DNA from: Patescibacteria group bacterium
GTDB lineage: Bacteria > Patescibacteriota > Microgenomatia > JAMCYU01
DNA length: 64,000 nt
Reading direction: 5' to 3'
Assembly (NCBI GenBank): GCA_023473585.1
Contig: JAMCYU010000004.1
Span: 133,748 to 197,747, forward strand
The translations under genes were made by a program, and so were the position numbers. Below the pieces are notes generated by a model, which searched no databases, had not been told where the DNA came from, and saw only the letters and a list, made by a program, of their open reading frames with translations. Shown here piece after piece: positions 20,664 through 30,189 of this stretch (position 1 is the first letter of the stretch; each line of letters starts with the position of its first letter).

Positions 20664-20765
20664 ATTAAGTGTTCAGCTTTGGAGAAGAAGAGTTTGCGGC
20701 AACGAGCGAGTCGGGGCGTGAAAAGAATACCCGAATTTCGTGAAATAAAGTTTAATCATGAGAAG

Positions 20766-20774
20766 TTATCCACA
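20766..20774 (+). promoter_or_regulatory. Perfect consensus DnaA box TTATCCACA
   Basis: Exact match within the ORF-free region; only one perfect copy was found. Confidence 0.4.
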
Positions 20775-20896
20775 ACAAGAAATCAGTTTTTAGTTATTTT
20801 ACTATAGGCTTATTAAAAGACCTAAATATATCAAACTATATCAGGAGCTTCACGCCCTTAAACCTCCCCCACTCCCCAACCAAACTCTTTAATTTT

Positions 20897-21715
20897 TTAA
20901 CCCCAGCTTGTCGTTATCAAAACTAAAACAAAAACGACGCCGGCGACGGAAACAAATTCCGTAATGGTTTGGCGAAATAATCTTTCAACCAGGTTCTGTT
21001 GGATAAGACCAACAATGGTATAGTAAATCGTGGTCAGAAATAAAGCTTCGATCACGCCCTGTATTGGCCAAAAAGAAAAAACAAAAGCGAATTCGGCAAA
21101 AGATAAGGAAGTAAGAAAAGTAAAAATAAGAATTTCCCCGTCAATTCGGGGATCAAGTCTCATGGACCAAAGAGATTGCAAACTTAAAGGCAGCGAAATT
21201 AAAAAAACCAAAAGGACATTCCAATAAGCCGGTAAGTGTAAAGAAAAAACAACGCTAAAAAACAAAAAGAGAGTAAAAAGAGTGATTAAAAGTCCAACCG
21301 AATGAGCGGCTCTTAAAAGCTGAATGGTCCGTTCCGCCGCGACATTATAGATATTCTCAACGAGTAAAATGGCGTACATCCCGACGGCAAAAAGAAAAGC
21401 CGTCGGCAGTCTCGTCAGCCAACGCACCGGCAGTAAAAAATAAAAAAGATTAATCGCCGCGGTATACATCGCCGGCAAGATAAACAACGTTAACCACTCT
21501 ACCCCGGCTAAATCCTCGCGCAAACTCCAGGCCGACAGAAGATAGGTTAAAACAACCAAAACGATAATCAGTTGGTAGCGAAAACTGGATGCAGCTAACT
21601 GAACCGCCAAAAGACCCAGCGTCAAAAGACCAACCACCACCCCAAACTTCTCTCTTTTCGTGAAGCTTAACCTTTTCCGAAAAAATCTCAAGATTTTTTT
21701 AAACCTTTTTTTCAT
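20897..21715 (-). CDS. Hypothetical polytopic membrane protein
   Basis: Basic N-terminus followed by about 8 hydrophobic helices; no recognisable motif. Confidence 0.5.
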   Translation of the reverse strand: MKKRFKKILRFFRKRLSFTKREKFGVVVGLLTLGLLAVQLAASSFRYQLIIVLVVLTYLLSAWSLREDLAGVEWLTLFILPAMYTAAINLFYFLLPVRWLTRLPTAFLFAVGMYAILLVENIYNVAAERTIQLLRAAHSVGLLITLFTLFLFFSVVFSLHLPAYWNVLLVFLISLPLSLQSLWSMRLDPRIDGEILIFTFLTSLSFAEFAFVFSFWPIQGVIEALFLTTIYYTIVGLIQQNLVERLFRQTITEFVSVAGVVFVLVLITTSWG

Positions 21716-22172
21716 GGATTAAATAACAAATCGCCAAAGCCAAAGCGTCAGCGGCATCGTCAGGTTTTGGCAAACGGTATAACCCCAAGGTCTTTCTCAC
21801 CACTTGCTGAATCATTTTTTTGGAAGCATGACCGTCTCCCGAAAGTTTTCTTTTAACCCAAAGACCCTGATATTCAAAAATGGGCAGCTTGGCTTCGGAA
21901 GCCGTCATTAAGATGACTCCCCTCGCCTGACCCACCATCATGGCGGTTTTCGCGTTTCTGCCAAAAAACAATTGTTCAATGACGACCGTCATCGGCTTAT
22001 AGGTCACAATAACTTTTTTTAATTGTTGGCGTATGAGAAGGAGTCTCTCCCCCATAGGCATGCCTACCGGCGTTTTGATGACGCCGTGAGCCAGATATTC
22101 TATTTTTTTTTGGCCTTTAATCAAACCATAACCCGTCGTCGCGGTGCCCGGGTCAATGCCTAAAATAATCAT
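21699..22172 (-). CDS. ruvC: Holliday junction resolvase RuvC
   Basis: MIILGIDPGTATTGYGLI and the RNase H-like fold residues. Confidence 0.85.
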   Translation of the reverse strand: MIILGIDPGTATTGYGLIKGQKKIEYLAHGVIKTPVGMPMGERLLLIRQQLKKVIVTYKPMTVVIEQLFFGRNAKTAMMVGQARGVILMTASEAKLPIFEYQGLWVKRKLSGDGHASKKMIQQVVRKTLGLYRLPKPDDAADALALAICYLIHEKKV

Positions 22173-22924
22173 GAAGACAAACCTTTCAGAATCGCGTCGG
22201 GAATATCGAAGTTGGCAAAGACTTTTTGCACGCTTTCGTTTTCTTCTAATTTCTCCATCAGGGAAAGGATTTTCGCGGCTTCTTGAGGGGAATTAATAAG
22301 GACGGTGGAAAGCGGCTTAAAATTTAATTCTGCCTCTTCGACTTTAATTTGCGCGGTCAGGAGTTTTTCCATAACCCGATGAAGTTCTTCGGGCTTCGTG
22401 TAAACAAGGATTTCCCCCCCTGCCTCCTCTAAATCTTGAGCCCCGGCCTCAACGACCAAATCCATAATTTCGTCCGTTGTTTTGCCGTTTTTAAGAACGG
22501 AAATCAGACCCACGCTTTGAAAAAGATAAGCCGTGGCTCCGGGACCGGCTAAATCCCCTCCGGCAGTCTCAAAAATACTTTTAATCTCCTGGGCGGTTCT
22601 TTGGCGGTTATCGGTCGCGGCCTCAACCAAGATCGCCACTCCTCCCGGACCAAAGCCTTCATAATTAATCTCTTCAATTTTTCCCGCTTCTAAACCCTTA
22701 GCCCTTTCGATGGCCCTTTGAATATTTTCCTTGGGCATATTGGCTTGGCGGGCTTTTTCAATGGCCAACCGGAGTTTGAAATTGGCGGCCGGATCAGCAA
22801 TCCCTCCGCCGGCCTTAACGGCAATCGTGATCGCGTTGCCCATCTTGGTAAAAGCCTGACCGCGTCTTTGATCAGCCACGCCTTTTTGTCTTTTAATCTG
22901 GCTCCATTTGGAATGTCCTGACAT
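22169..22924 (-). CDS. yebC: YebC/PmpR family DNA-binding regulator
   Basis: MSGHSKWSQIKRQKGVADQRRGQAFTKM at the start (Met at 22924). Confidence 0.85.
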   Translation of the reverse strand: MSGHSKWSQIKRQKGVADQRRGQAFTKMGNAITIAVKAGGGIADPAANFKLRLAIEKARQANMPKENIQRAIERAKGLEAGKIEEINYEGFGPGGVAILVEAATDNRQRTAQEIKSIFETAGGDLAGPGATAYLFQSVGLISVLKNGKTTDEIMDLVVEAGAQDLEEAGGEILVYTKPEELHRVMEKLLTAQIKVEEAELNFKPLSTVLINSPQEAAKILSLMEKLEENESVQKVFANFDIPDAILKGLSS

Positions 22925-23000
22925 AAAGCTTATTATACCATATAAATTTTCCCCCTTGACAATCTTTTCCAAACTTTATATTCTTAGGCACTAGTTTTCT

Positions 23001-23765
23001 ATGCCTTCTAATTTAATTACTCAAGCCATTAATGCTGCCCTAAATTATGATTGGCATGAAGCTATCAAAATTAACCTGGCCATCCTCGATGAGAACGAAG
23101 AAAGCATCGAAGCTTTAAATCGCCTCGCCCACGCTTACAAAGAATCAGGCAATATTAAGTTGGCGCAAAAAATTTACCGCCGGGTTTTGAGTCTTGACCG
23201 TTTTAATCCTATTGCCAATAAAAACCTGAAGCTTTTGGAATCACTGCCCAAATCTTTTAAGAAGGAAAAAGAAAATAATCACGGTTTACCCTGTCAGGCG
23301 CAATTTTTGGAGGAATCCGGCAAAACCAAGATTGTCAGCTTGGTTAATTTAGCGCCATGCTCCGTTATTTTGGGTATTTCCTGCGGCATGCCGGTCGGAC
23401 TGGAAATTAAAAGAAGATCGGTTGTCATCACGAGCGGAAACGGGACTTATTTAGCCGCTTTGCCCGATGATCTTTCCGCCAAATTAATCAAATTTCTTAA
23501 GGCCGGCAATAAATACGAAGCCTTTGTCAAAACCGTCGGCAAAAATAATTTATCAATTTTTATCAGAGAAATTTGCCGGGGTCAGCGTTTTAAAAATCAA
23601 CCGACCTTTTCGCTGGCATTAGGAAAAACAACTTTATCAAAAAGAACAGAAGATGAATTGGGAACCGAAGAAGAGACGGAAAACGAAACCGAGACCGAAT
23701 CAGAAATTGTCCCCAAGACGACGCGGCTGGCAGAACCTGTTAATGAAGAAGAGGCTCTTTACTAG
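23001..23765 (+). CDS. Hypothetical protein with TPR-like N-terminus and acidic C-terminal tail
   Basis: The helical-repeat segment (AHAYKESGNIKLAQKIYRRVLSLD) and the tail EEETENETETESE are the only recognisable features. Confidence 0.4.
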   Translation: MPSNLITQAINAALNYDWHEAIKINLAILDENEESIEALNRLAHAYKESGNIKLAQKIYRRVLSLDRFNPIANKNLKLLESLPKSFKKEKENNHGLPCQAQFLEESGKTKIVSLVNLAPCSVILGISCGMPVGLEIKRRSVVITSGNGTYLAALPDDLSAKLIKFLKAGNKYEAFVKTVGKNNLSIFIREICRGQRFKNQPTFSLALGKTTLSKRTEDELGTEEETENETETESEIVPKTTRLAEPVNEEEALY

Positions 23766-24781
23766 TCGCGTTCAAAAAGTTTTTGCCAATAATCCTGGCC
23801 AATTGCTACCTGCAAATCAGCTCGAGCTTCATTCTGATCGGCAATTTTGACACAATTATAAATTTTAAAAAGAAGTTGCCCCGTATAACTTTCCAGAGCC
23901 TGGCTTTTTCCTTTAATTTGACAACGGCTAATTTTTTCCTGACTGTTGGTCACGCTGACGACGTCGCCGCCAAGATTCGTGATTAGTCTGGCCAAACGAT
24001 TGGCCAAGCCTGCTTTTTCCGTACCGTTTAAAATTTCCACGGTTAAATGCTCCTGAACGATTTTCTGCTCCTTAAATAAACCTACTAAAAGACTATCAAC
24101 CAATTTTTGGTCAGCAGTAAGAACTTTCGTCCCGTCAGCCAGGGTTAGGGTGTTTAAGGCCGGACCGTTTTCCAGATCAACAAATTTAACCTTGTCAAAA
24201 CGGGTAAATTTCGCGGAAAACCAAAGTCTCGTCAGATCGACAAAATTAAGATTAGTTTCCAAATTTTGGAAAGAAAGGATGAGTTCTTGGGGTTTAAGCA
24301 AGTATCGCAGGGAAATCAGCTCATTTTTTTGCTGAAGAAAGTTTTCCCGGTTGAAGGAAACCGACCATGAGCCATTTTTGGGTCCTACCCAGCCATCAAC
24401 AGGAACCCCTAAAAACTCCCCAACGGTTTCCGCCAAAAGTTTGCCCCTTAATCCTTCCATCGCTCCCAATTCCCAAACCGCCCCTAAACGGTACGAACCA
24501 AAACCGCGGTTGACCTCAAGATAAGTTTTTTCCGGTATTGAGATAACGGTCAGATCAGAACCCGGTTCAAAAGAAAGGAGAAGAAGCGGTTTGGTCGCCA
24601 GAATAATGGTTGACCGCGAATCTTTGTTAAAAGGACTCTCTTTCGTTAACTTTAAAAACGAAAAAGCCAAAAAAAGGATAAAGCCCAAAAGAATAAGGCA
24701 GAAGACTAATTTTATCAAAACAGAAACTTTACGGCGACGTTTATTTCTTTGTTCCTGCCGCCATCGGGGCAGACGCTTCAT
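23762..24781 (-). CDS. LytR-CpsA-Psr (LCP) family cell-envelope phosphotransferase
   Basis: N-terminal TM segment, LCP core (SIPEKTYLEVNRGFG...GVPVDGWV) and a LytR_C-like C-terminal domain. Confidence 0.7.
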   Translation of the reverse strand: MKRLPRWRQEQRNKRRRKVSVLIKLVFCLILLGFILFLAFSFLKLTKESPFNKDSRSTIILATKPLLLLSFEPGSDLTVISIPEKTYLEVNRGFGSYRLGAVWELGAMEGLRGKLLAETVGEFLGVPVDGWVGPKNGSWSVSFNRENFLQQKNELISLRYLLKPQELILSFQNLETNLNFVDLTRLWFSAKFTRFDKVKFVDLENGPALNTLTLADGTKVLTADQKLVDSLLVGLFKEQKIVQEHLTVEILNGTEKAGLANRLARLITNLGGDVVSVTNSQEKISRCQIKGKSQALESYTGQLLFKIYNCVKIADQNEARADLQVAIGQDYWQKLFERD

Positions 24782-24784
24782 CTT

Positions 24785-24930
24785 TATTCTTCTCTCTTTT
24801 TTTTGCTGATAATCTCAACCTTGGGCAAGACAAAAGGTTTTTGATAAGAAAGTTGCTGGGCTTTTTTCTCCAGCTTGTCTTTTTTGGGCTTTTTTTTATC
24901 GCCCGTGTAAAATCCGCCAAAGTTACCCAT
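24785..24930 (-). CDS. Small Lys-rich hypothetical protein (47 aa)
   Basis: ATG (rc 24928-24930) preceded by a strong SD GGAGGTG. Translates MGNFGGFYTGDKKKPKKDKLEKKAQQLSYQKPFVLPKVEIISKKKREE. Its TAA stop is 3 nt before the LCP start. Not in the ORF track. Confidence 0.4.
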
Positions 24931-24953
24931 TTTTCACCTCCGTCTTATCTTTA

Positions 24954-26120
24954 TTATATCAACCACTTCTTTCTTAATTCAAGCAGTTGGTTTTGTTCAA
25001 TGGCTTCTCTGATTTCCTCGACTAAGTGATTAAGAAAATAAAGATTATGAATGGTCAAAAGACGATAGCCCAAAAGTTCGCGAACCCGAAACAAATGATT
25101 GAGGTAAGCTCGTGAGAAGTTTTGGCAAGTAAAACAACCGCAATCTTTTTCAAGCGGATTTACGTCGTTGGCATATCTCGCTTTGGTGATATCAATTTTA
25201 AATTTTGCCTTTTTAATTTTCATGAGGGCCTGCCCCATTCGCCCCAATCTGGTCGGCATGACACAGTCAAAAGTATCAATCCCCCGCTCGCAAATCGCAA
25301 AAATATCATCAACCTCGCCTACTCCCAAAAGATGACGAGGTTTTTCTTCCGGAAAATAAGGCATTATCCAGTCAAGAGCTTTTTGCATTTCCTTTTTTGT
25401 TTCGCCTACCGCCATCCCGCCGACCGCGATCCCCCAAAAAGGCAAAGAACCGATATCTTTTGCGGACTCAATCCGTAAATCCTGATAAACCGATCCCTGG
25501 ACAATCCCGTAAAGAGCTTGCTGACTCCCCCTAGTTTGCTTTTGAGCCTCTAAACAACGCCTGGCCCAACGGTGAGTTTTGGACATGGCCAGATGGGCTT
25601 TTTCATAAGTGATGGGGTAAGGCGCGCATTGATCAAAGGCCAAGATGAGATCTGCCCCTAACTGTTGTTGGATTTTAATGGATTTCTCCGGAGTAAAACG
25701 ATGGATTGTCCCATCCCAATGCGATTTGAAAGTCACACCTTCGTTGTCGATTTTAACTACAGTAGGAGTGGCGACGGAAAAATTCGTTGCCGCCGACCAA
25801 TTACTACGCGCCAAAGAAAAAACCTGAAAACCGCCGCTATCCGTCATTAAGGGCCCATTCCAATTCATAAACTGATGCAAACCGCCCATTTTTTGGATAA
25901 CTTCAGCTCCCGGCCGAAGATAGGTATGATAGGTATTCACGAAAAAAACCTGAGTCCCGATCTTTTCAAGTTCCGGCGGGGTTAAACTTTTAACGGTCGC
26001 CTGGGTTCCCACGGCCACAAAAGCGGGGGTTTTAATTTTTCCATGAGGCGTGGTGATTTCACCTGTTCTGGCTTGCGTTTTATGATCTTTTTTTAAAACT
26101 TTAAAAGAAAAATTTTCCAT
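24954..26120 (-). CDS. tgt: Queuine tRNA-ribosyltransferase (tRNA-guanine transglycosylase)
   Basis: Catalytic Asp region, LGVGEVDDIF, and zinc site CGCFTCQNFSRAYLNHL. Confidence 0.9.
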   Translation of the reverse strand: MENFSFKVLKKDHKTQARTGEITTPHGKIKTPAFVAVGTQATVKSLTPPELEKIGTQVFFVNTYHTYLRPGAEVIQKMGGLHQFMNWNGPLMTDSGGFQVFSLARSNWSAATNFSVATPTVVKIDNEGVTFKSHWDGTIHRFTPEKSIKIQQQLGADLILAFDQCAPYPITYEKAHLAMSKTHRWARRCLEAQKQTRGSQQALYGIVQGSVYQDLRIESAKDIGSLPFWGIAVGGMAVGETKKEMQKALDWIMPYFPEEKPRHLLGVGEVDDIFAICERGIDTFDCVMPTRLGRMGQALMKIKKAKFKIDITKARYANDVNPLEKDCGCFTCQNFSRAYLNHLFRVRELLGYRLLTIHNLYFLNHLVEEIREAIEQNQLLELRKKWLI

Positions 26121-26129
26121 GATGGAGTT

Positions 26130-26444
26130 TTATTTTCTCACCGGAACCGTGGATAATTTTGTCACCAGGGCGAAGTCATCATCGCCGGCAATACGGTTGT
26201 AGCGCTCAAATCCACACTTCGTGCAACGGTGGACCAAGACGTACTCTCCTGTTCTTCTGGTAAAGACACCGGTGGGCTCCATTAATCCCTGACAATCTGA
26301 TTTTCGGTCCCCCGGCTCATCTTCATCAACGTGCTTGCTCCAAAGACAATAAGGGCAATGATTTCGGGAAGAACCGCCGTATTGAAGAGGCTTAACTTTT
26401 TTTTGGCAGTTCTCACAAATAAAAGGATCATTACGAGCGATCAT
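26130..26444 (-). CDS. RNHCP-domain zinc-ribbon protein
   Basis: CENC...RNHCPYCLWSKH...CTKC is the RNHCP-domain signature. Confidence 0.55.
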   Translation of the reverse strand: MIARNDPFICENCQKKVKPLQYGGSSRNHCPYCLWSKHVDEDEPGDRKSDCQGLMEPTGVFTRRTGEYVLVHRCTKCGFERYNRIAGDDDFALVTKLSTVPVRK

Positions 26445-26446
26445 AA

Positions 26447-28174
26447 TTACCCCATCCCGTGTTCAATTTTTAAGCGTTTAATTTTGCCATCAATGTCATT
26501 TCCGGCCACGCCGAAGTCACTCAAAAGTTTGGTCACAATTGACAAAGCGGCTTCAAATTCGGGCTGAATAATGGTTTCAACTTTCAAAGCTCTAAGCTTC
26601 GGCTGGTCCTCTTCATGATGAGTCCTGCAGATAATTTTGATCCCCGGCCGCAACGTTTGGGCGTTGGCAATAATCATTTCCTGGCTCTGCCGATCAGGAA
26701 TGGCGATAATGACGGTTTTAGCCTTATCAACTTGGGCGTAATCCAAAACATCGATTTCCGCCGGATCACCATAAATGATCTTTAAGCCCTTATCTCTAAG
26801 CTCTTTGACCACCTGATAATTATAGTCAACGACGACAAAGGGAATTTTTTCCATCTCCAGAGCCCGACCGATATATCTGCCGACACGGCCATAACCGCAG
26901 ATAACGACATGGTCGGCAAAAGGCAATTCCTCCTTAAGCGGTTTTTTGTCGTAAGTATTAAAAAACGAGGCCAAAGCCGGGAAGCGGGAACTTTGATTTT
27001 TAATTTTTTTGTAAAAAGAAGGGGCAAGATTAAAAATCCAGGGAGTAAGAATAATCGTCAGAAGCGTTACGGAAATAATTAAAAAATTAAGTTCTTGAGA
27101 AATAATCTGGGTCGCCAACCCCATCTGCGCCAAAACCGCGGCAAACTCCCCTACCTGGGTCAGAGCGATACCGGTCATAAAGGCGGTTTTTGTGTGGTAG
27201 CCTAAATACAAAACAATAGCCGAAACCAGAAGAAATTTAAAAGCGATAACCAGTAAACTAATTGTTAAAATCATCACCCAGTTTTCTAATAAAAATTGCG
27301 GGTAAACCAAAAAACCCAAAGTTACAAAGAAAATCACGGCAAAAATATCCCGTAAGGGTCTGATTTCGCCAAAGATAGAAGCGGAAATCCCCATGTCAGA
27401 AACCAAAAATCCGGCCAAAAAAGCGCCCAAAGCAAAGGACAAACCCAAACTGGCCGTACCAAAAGCCAAAATCAGGCAGAGAGCCACAACCGACAACAAA
27501 AGAAGTTCTCTGGATTGGGTTTTCAGGATTTTTTCCGTGATCAGGGGAACCAATTTTTTGCCGATAAGAACCACGAAAAAAAGAAGGATTGTGGCCCTTA
27601 AAAGGGCTTGGCCGAAAATCAGCAAGGAAACCATCAGGCTTTCCCCGTTTTTTAAATTGTTGGCCAAGGCCGGTAGGATAATCACCATGGGCAAAACGGC
27701 TAAATCCTGAATTAAAAGCCAGCCGACGGTTAATTCCGATGACAATTTATCAATTTCGCCCCGATCCGACAAAATCTTAACCACAACCGCCGTTGAAGAC
27801 AAAGAAAAACAGCAGGCTAAGAAAAATGAGGCATAAAAATCAAAGCCAAACCGGGGAAAAAGGAAAAGACCAAAAAGAATGGTGCCTAAGATTTGCGAAA
27901 TCGCGGCAAAAAGAAGTTCCTTGCCGATTCTTTTAAACTTATTCCACGAAAACTCCAAACCCAAGGTAAACATTAAAAAAGCCACCCCTATTTGAGAAAA
28001 ACTGGCTAAATTACGATCGGGAGCGATAAATTGTGAAGAAAGACCCCCGATAATCAAACCGCCCAAAATATAACCGGTTAAAAGCGGCTGGCGCAACTTT
28101 TTTGCTAAAAAGCCACCCAAAAAAGCCGTGCCCAAAACCAAAATTAAATCACGCGTAAAAGAAAAATTTTCCAT
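26447..28174 (-). CDS. Monovalent cation:proton antiporter (CPA2, Kef-type) with TrkA-N/TrkA-C domains
   Basis: About 13 TM helices, then Rossmann GYGRVGRYIG (TrkA-N) and a C-terminal TrkA-C domain. Confidence 0.8.
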   Translation of the reverse strand: MENFSFTRDLILVLGTAFLGGFLAKKLRQPLLTGYILGGLIIGGLSSQFIAPDRNLASFSQIGVAFLMFTLGLEFSWNKFKRIGKELLFAAISQILGTILFGLFLFPRFGFDFYASFFLACCFSLSSTAVVVKILSDRGEIDKLSSELTVGWLLIQDLAVLPMVIILPALANNLKNGESLMVSLLIFGQALLRATILLFFVVLIGKKLVPLITEKILKTQSRELLLLSVVALCLILAFGTASLGLSFALGAFLAGFLVSDMGISASIFGEIRPLRDIFAVIFFVTLGFLVYPQFLLENWVMILTISLLVIAFKFLLVSAIVLYLGYHTKTAFMTGIALTQVGEFAAVLAQMGLATQIISQELNFLIISVTLLTIILTPWIFNLAPSFYKKIKNQSSRFPALASFFNTYDKKPLKEELPFADHVVICGYGRVGRYIGRALEMEKIPFVVVDYNYQVVKELRDKGLKIIYGDPAEIDVLDYAQVDKAKTVIIAIPDRQSQEMIIANAQTLRPGIKIICRTHHEEDQPKLRALKVETIIQPEFEAALSIVTKLLSDFGVAGNDIDGKIKRLKIEHGMG

Positions 28175-28175
28175 G

Positions 28176-28195
28176 CTCTAAATTGATTATATCAA
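28176..28195 (-). promoter_or_regulatory. Promoter-like motif TTTGATATAATCAA upstream of the antiporter gene
   Basis: The reverse strand reads TTTGATATAATCAAT, an extended -10. The same 17-mer is found upstream of the MFS gene at 31434-31452. Confidence 0.4.
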
Positions 28196-28945
28196 AGATG
28201 AAAGAATTTGCTGCAAATCTTCCGGTAATTTTGCTTCCATTTTGCATAATTTTCCGGTTGCCGGATGAAGAAATTCAATCGAAGCGGCGTGTAAAAAAAC
28301 TCTGGGACAAAATTTCCGGTCGTCTCTTCCTCTTTTTCGGCCCGCGTAAAACTCGTCACCGACAATGGGAAAACCGAGATATTTTAAATGAACCCGAATT
28401 TGATGCGTCCGCCCAGTCAAAGGCCAAACTTCAAGAAACGTTAAAGGCTCCCTGTCTCCGTTTGTAACTTTATACTTTATACTTAATACTTTATACCTGG
28501 TTTCCGCTTCCCTGCCGCCGGGAAAAACACCGAAACGTTCTCTCTGCCAAGGAAGCCGACCGATAGGCGCCTTGATTTCACCTTCCTCGGGCGCAACTTG
28601 GCCGTGAACCAACGTAAGATAGGTCTTTTTAACTTTTCTTTCCTTAAATTGCGCTTGGAGGTTTAAAAAAGCTTCTTCGGTTTTGGCAATCAAAAGTAGG
28701 CCGCTTGTCTCTTTATCAGTTCGATGAACAATTCCCGCTCTTTTAACAAAGTCACTGTCCCCGATTGTAGATTTTAAATTGTGAATTTTAAATTTTTTCT
28801 CAACCCAATCCTGCACTGTTTCCAGATCTTTTGTCGTGTCGGCCTTATTAACGATCATACCGGAGGGTTTATCTATTACTAGAATTTCTTCGTCTTCGTA
28901 AAGAATTTTCGGGGAAAGGTTCACTTTTGTTTCTTTTTTTCGCAC
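28187..28945 (-). CDS. RluA-family pseudouridine synthase
   Basis: HRTDKETSGLLLIAKT carries the catalytic Asp motif. Confidence 0.8.
   Translation of the reverse strand: MRKKETKVNLSPKILYEDEEILVIDKPSGMIVNKADTTKDLETVQDWVEKKFKIHNLKSTIGDSDFVKRAGIVHRTDKETSGLLLIAKTEEAFLNLQAQFKERKVKKTYLTLVHGQVAPEEGEIKAPIGRLPWQRERFGVFPGGREAETRYKVLSIKYKVTNGDREPLTFLEVWPLTGRTHQIRVHLKYLGFPIVGDEFYAGRKRGRDDRKFCPRVFLHAASIEFLHPATGKLCKMEAKLPEDLQQILSSLI
28466..28497. repeat. ACTTTATACTTAATACT repeat block in frame inside the RluA-family gene
   Basis: AACTTTATACTTTATACTTAATACTTTATACC encodes YKVLSIKYKV. It shares the peptide LSIKY and a 19-mer with the other blocks. Confidence 0.7.
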
Positions 28946-29283
28946 TCAAGGCAAAGTTCCGCCGTGGGCATAACCGCCAATCTATCTGTGTCAATCATTT
29001 TCCCGCATTTTTCGCAAATGCCGTATTTACCGATTTTAATTTTCGTTAGGGCTTTTCTGATCCTGACCAAGTTTCGGGAAAGTTCGAATTTAATCGCCTC
29101 AATCCGCTGATGACCGATCTGTTCCTTAACCTCGGTATCAATAGAGGCATTATCAATTAAGCGGTCGGTATCCGAAAACGGATCTTCTTTTGCCAAATTC
29201 GCCATTTTCTTTTCCGTATCTTCTTTTTGTCTTTTAAGATGTTCCTCAATCGGTTTTAAGATGTTAATCGGAAATTTAAACAT
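28921..29283 (-). CDS. DksA/TraR-family C4 zinc-finger protein
   Basis: C-terminal CEKCGKMIDTDRLAVMPTAELCLEC preceded by a coiled-coil. Confidence 0.6.
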   Translation of the reverse strand: MFKFPINILKPIEEHLKRQKEDTEKKMANLAKEDPFSDTDRLIDNASIDTEVKEQIGHQRIEAIKFELSRNLVRIRKALTKIKIGKYGICEKCGKMIDTDRLAVMPTAELCLECEKKKQK

Positions 29284-30091
29284 AATTGCCTTTCTTAAAT
29301 TTTAGATTTTTAATTTTTGTTAAAACGACCAAGAAATCCGTTTTGAGATTTCTGCCTAAACGGCGAAACAAAAAAACAGTTGCGCTTAAAATAAAAAAGA
29401 GGCAAACTATTTGTGTTGTTCGCCAACCCAAGAAGTATACACTATCACCCCTGAGGATTTCAAGAAAAAATCTGGTGATTCCAAAAATAAGAAAATAGAA
29501 AAGAAAATTAAGACCCGTCGGCAACTGTCTCTCTCGCCATTTTTTTTCTAATTTTACTAACAAAACAAAAGTAAGGATGGCCGCGATTAGCTCGTAAATT
29601 TGCGTCGGATGGCGTTTACCGAGAAGTCCGATCATGGGAACACCCAAAGGCAGATTAGTTATTTCTCCATAAGCCGATCCTCCCAAGAAAGCACCAATTC
29701 TCCCAATGGCCTCGCCCAAACTTAAGCCCAAGACTAAAAAATCGCCCAGTTGCCAAAAAGACCAATTCTGACGCCTGGCAAAAATTAAAGCCCCGATTAA
29801 ACCGCCGAAAATGGCACCGATAAAGGAAAGCCCCGGAAAATGAAAAAACAAAAACCATTTAAAGGGGGCTAAACCGAAATCAGAAAAATGAAGAATCAAA
29901 TAATAAATTCTGGCACCCATAAGACCAAAGAAAAGCTCGGCCAAAAGAAAATCAACTATTCTTTGCTCGTCTAGCTTGGCCTTTCTGCCTTCACGCCAAA
30001 CCACAAAACTCCCCATGATGATTCCCAAGGCCAGAAAAAGTCCGAAAGAATAAATTCTGACTGGACCGATCGTTAAAAGAATCGGGTACAT
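29276..30091 (-). CDS. lgt: Prolipoprotein diacylglyceryl transferase
   Basis: MYPILLTIGPVRIYSFGLFLALGIIMG and a conserved Lgt membrane topology. Confidence 0.8.
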   Translation of the reverse strand: MYPILLTIGPVRIYSFGLFLALGIIMGSFVVWREGRKAKLDEQRIVDFLLAELFFGLMGARIYYLILHFSDFGLAPFKWFLFFHFPGLSFIGAIFGGLIGALIFARRQNWSFWQLGDFLVLGLSLGEAIGRIGAFLGGSAYGEITNLPLGVPMIGLLGKRHPTQIYELIAAILTFVLLVKLEKKWRERQLPTGLNFLFYFLIFGITRFFLEILRGDSVYFLGWRTTQIVCLFFILSATVFLFRRLGRNLKTDFLVVLTKIKNLKFKKGNYV

Positions 30092-30150
30092 AATTATTTA
30101 TTATAGCAAAGATAAGACAAGCTTTTACTTTGTAAAAAATGAGTGAAATT

Positions 30151-30189
30151 ATTGATATTTCTTTGATTAATTCGTTTCACTCATTATAT
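30151..30189 (-). promoter_or_regulatory. Shared promoter/operator motif upstream of lgt (copy 1)
   Basis: The reverse strand reads ATATAATGAGTGAAACGAATTAATCAAAGAAAT, with a TATAAT -10 box followed by an 8-bp palindrome GATTAATC. It is 28/30 identical to the copy at 31451-31480. Confidence 0.45.
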
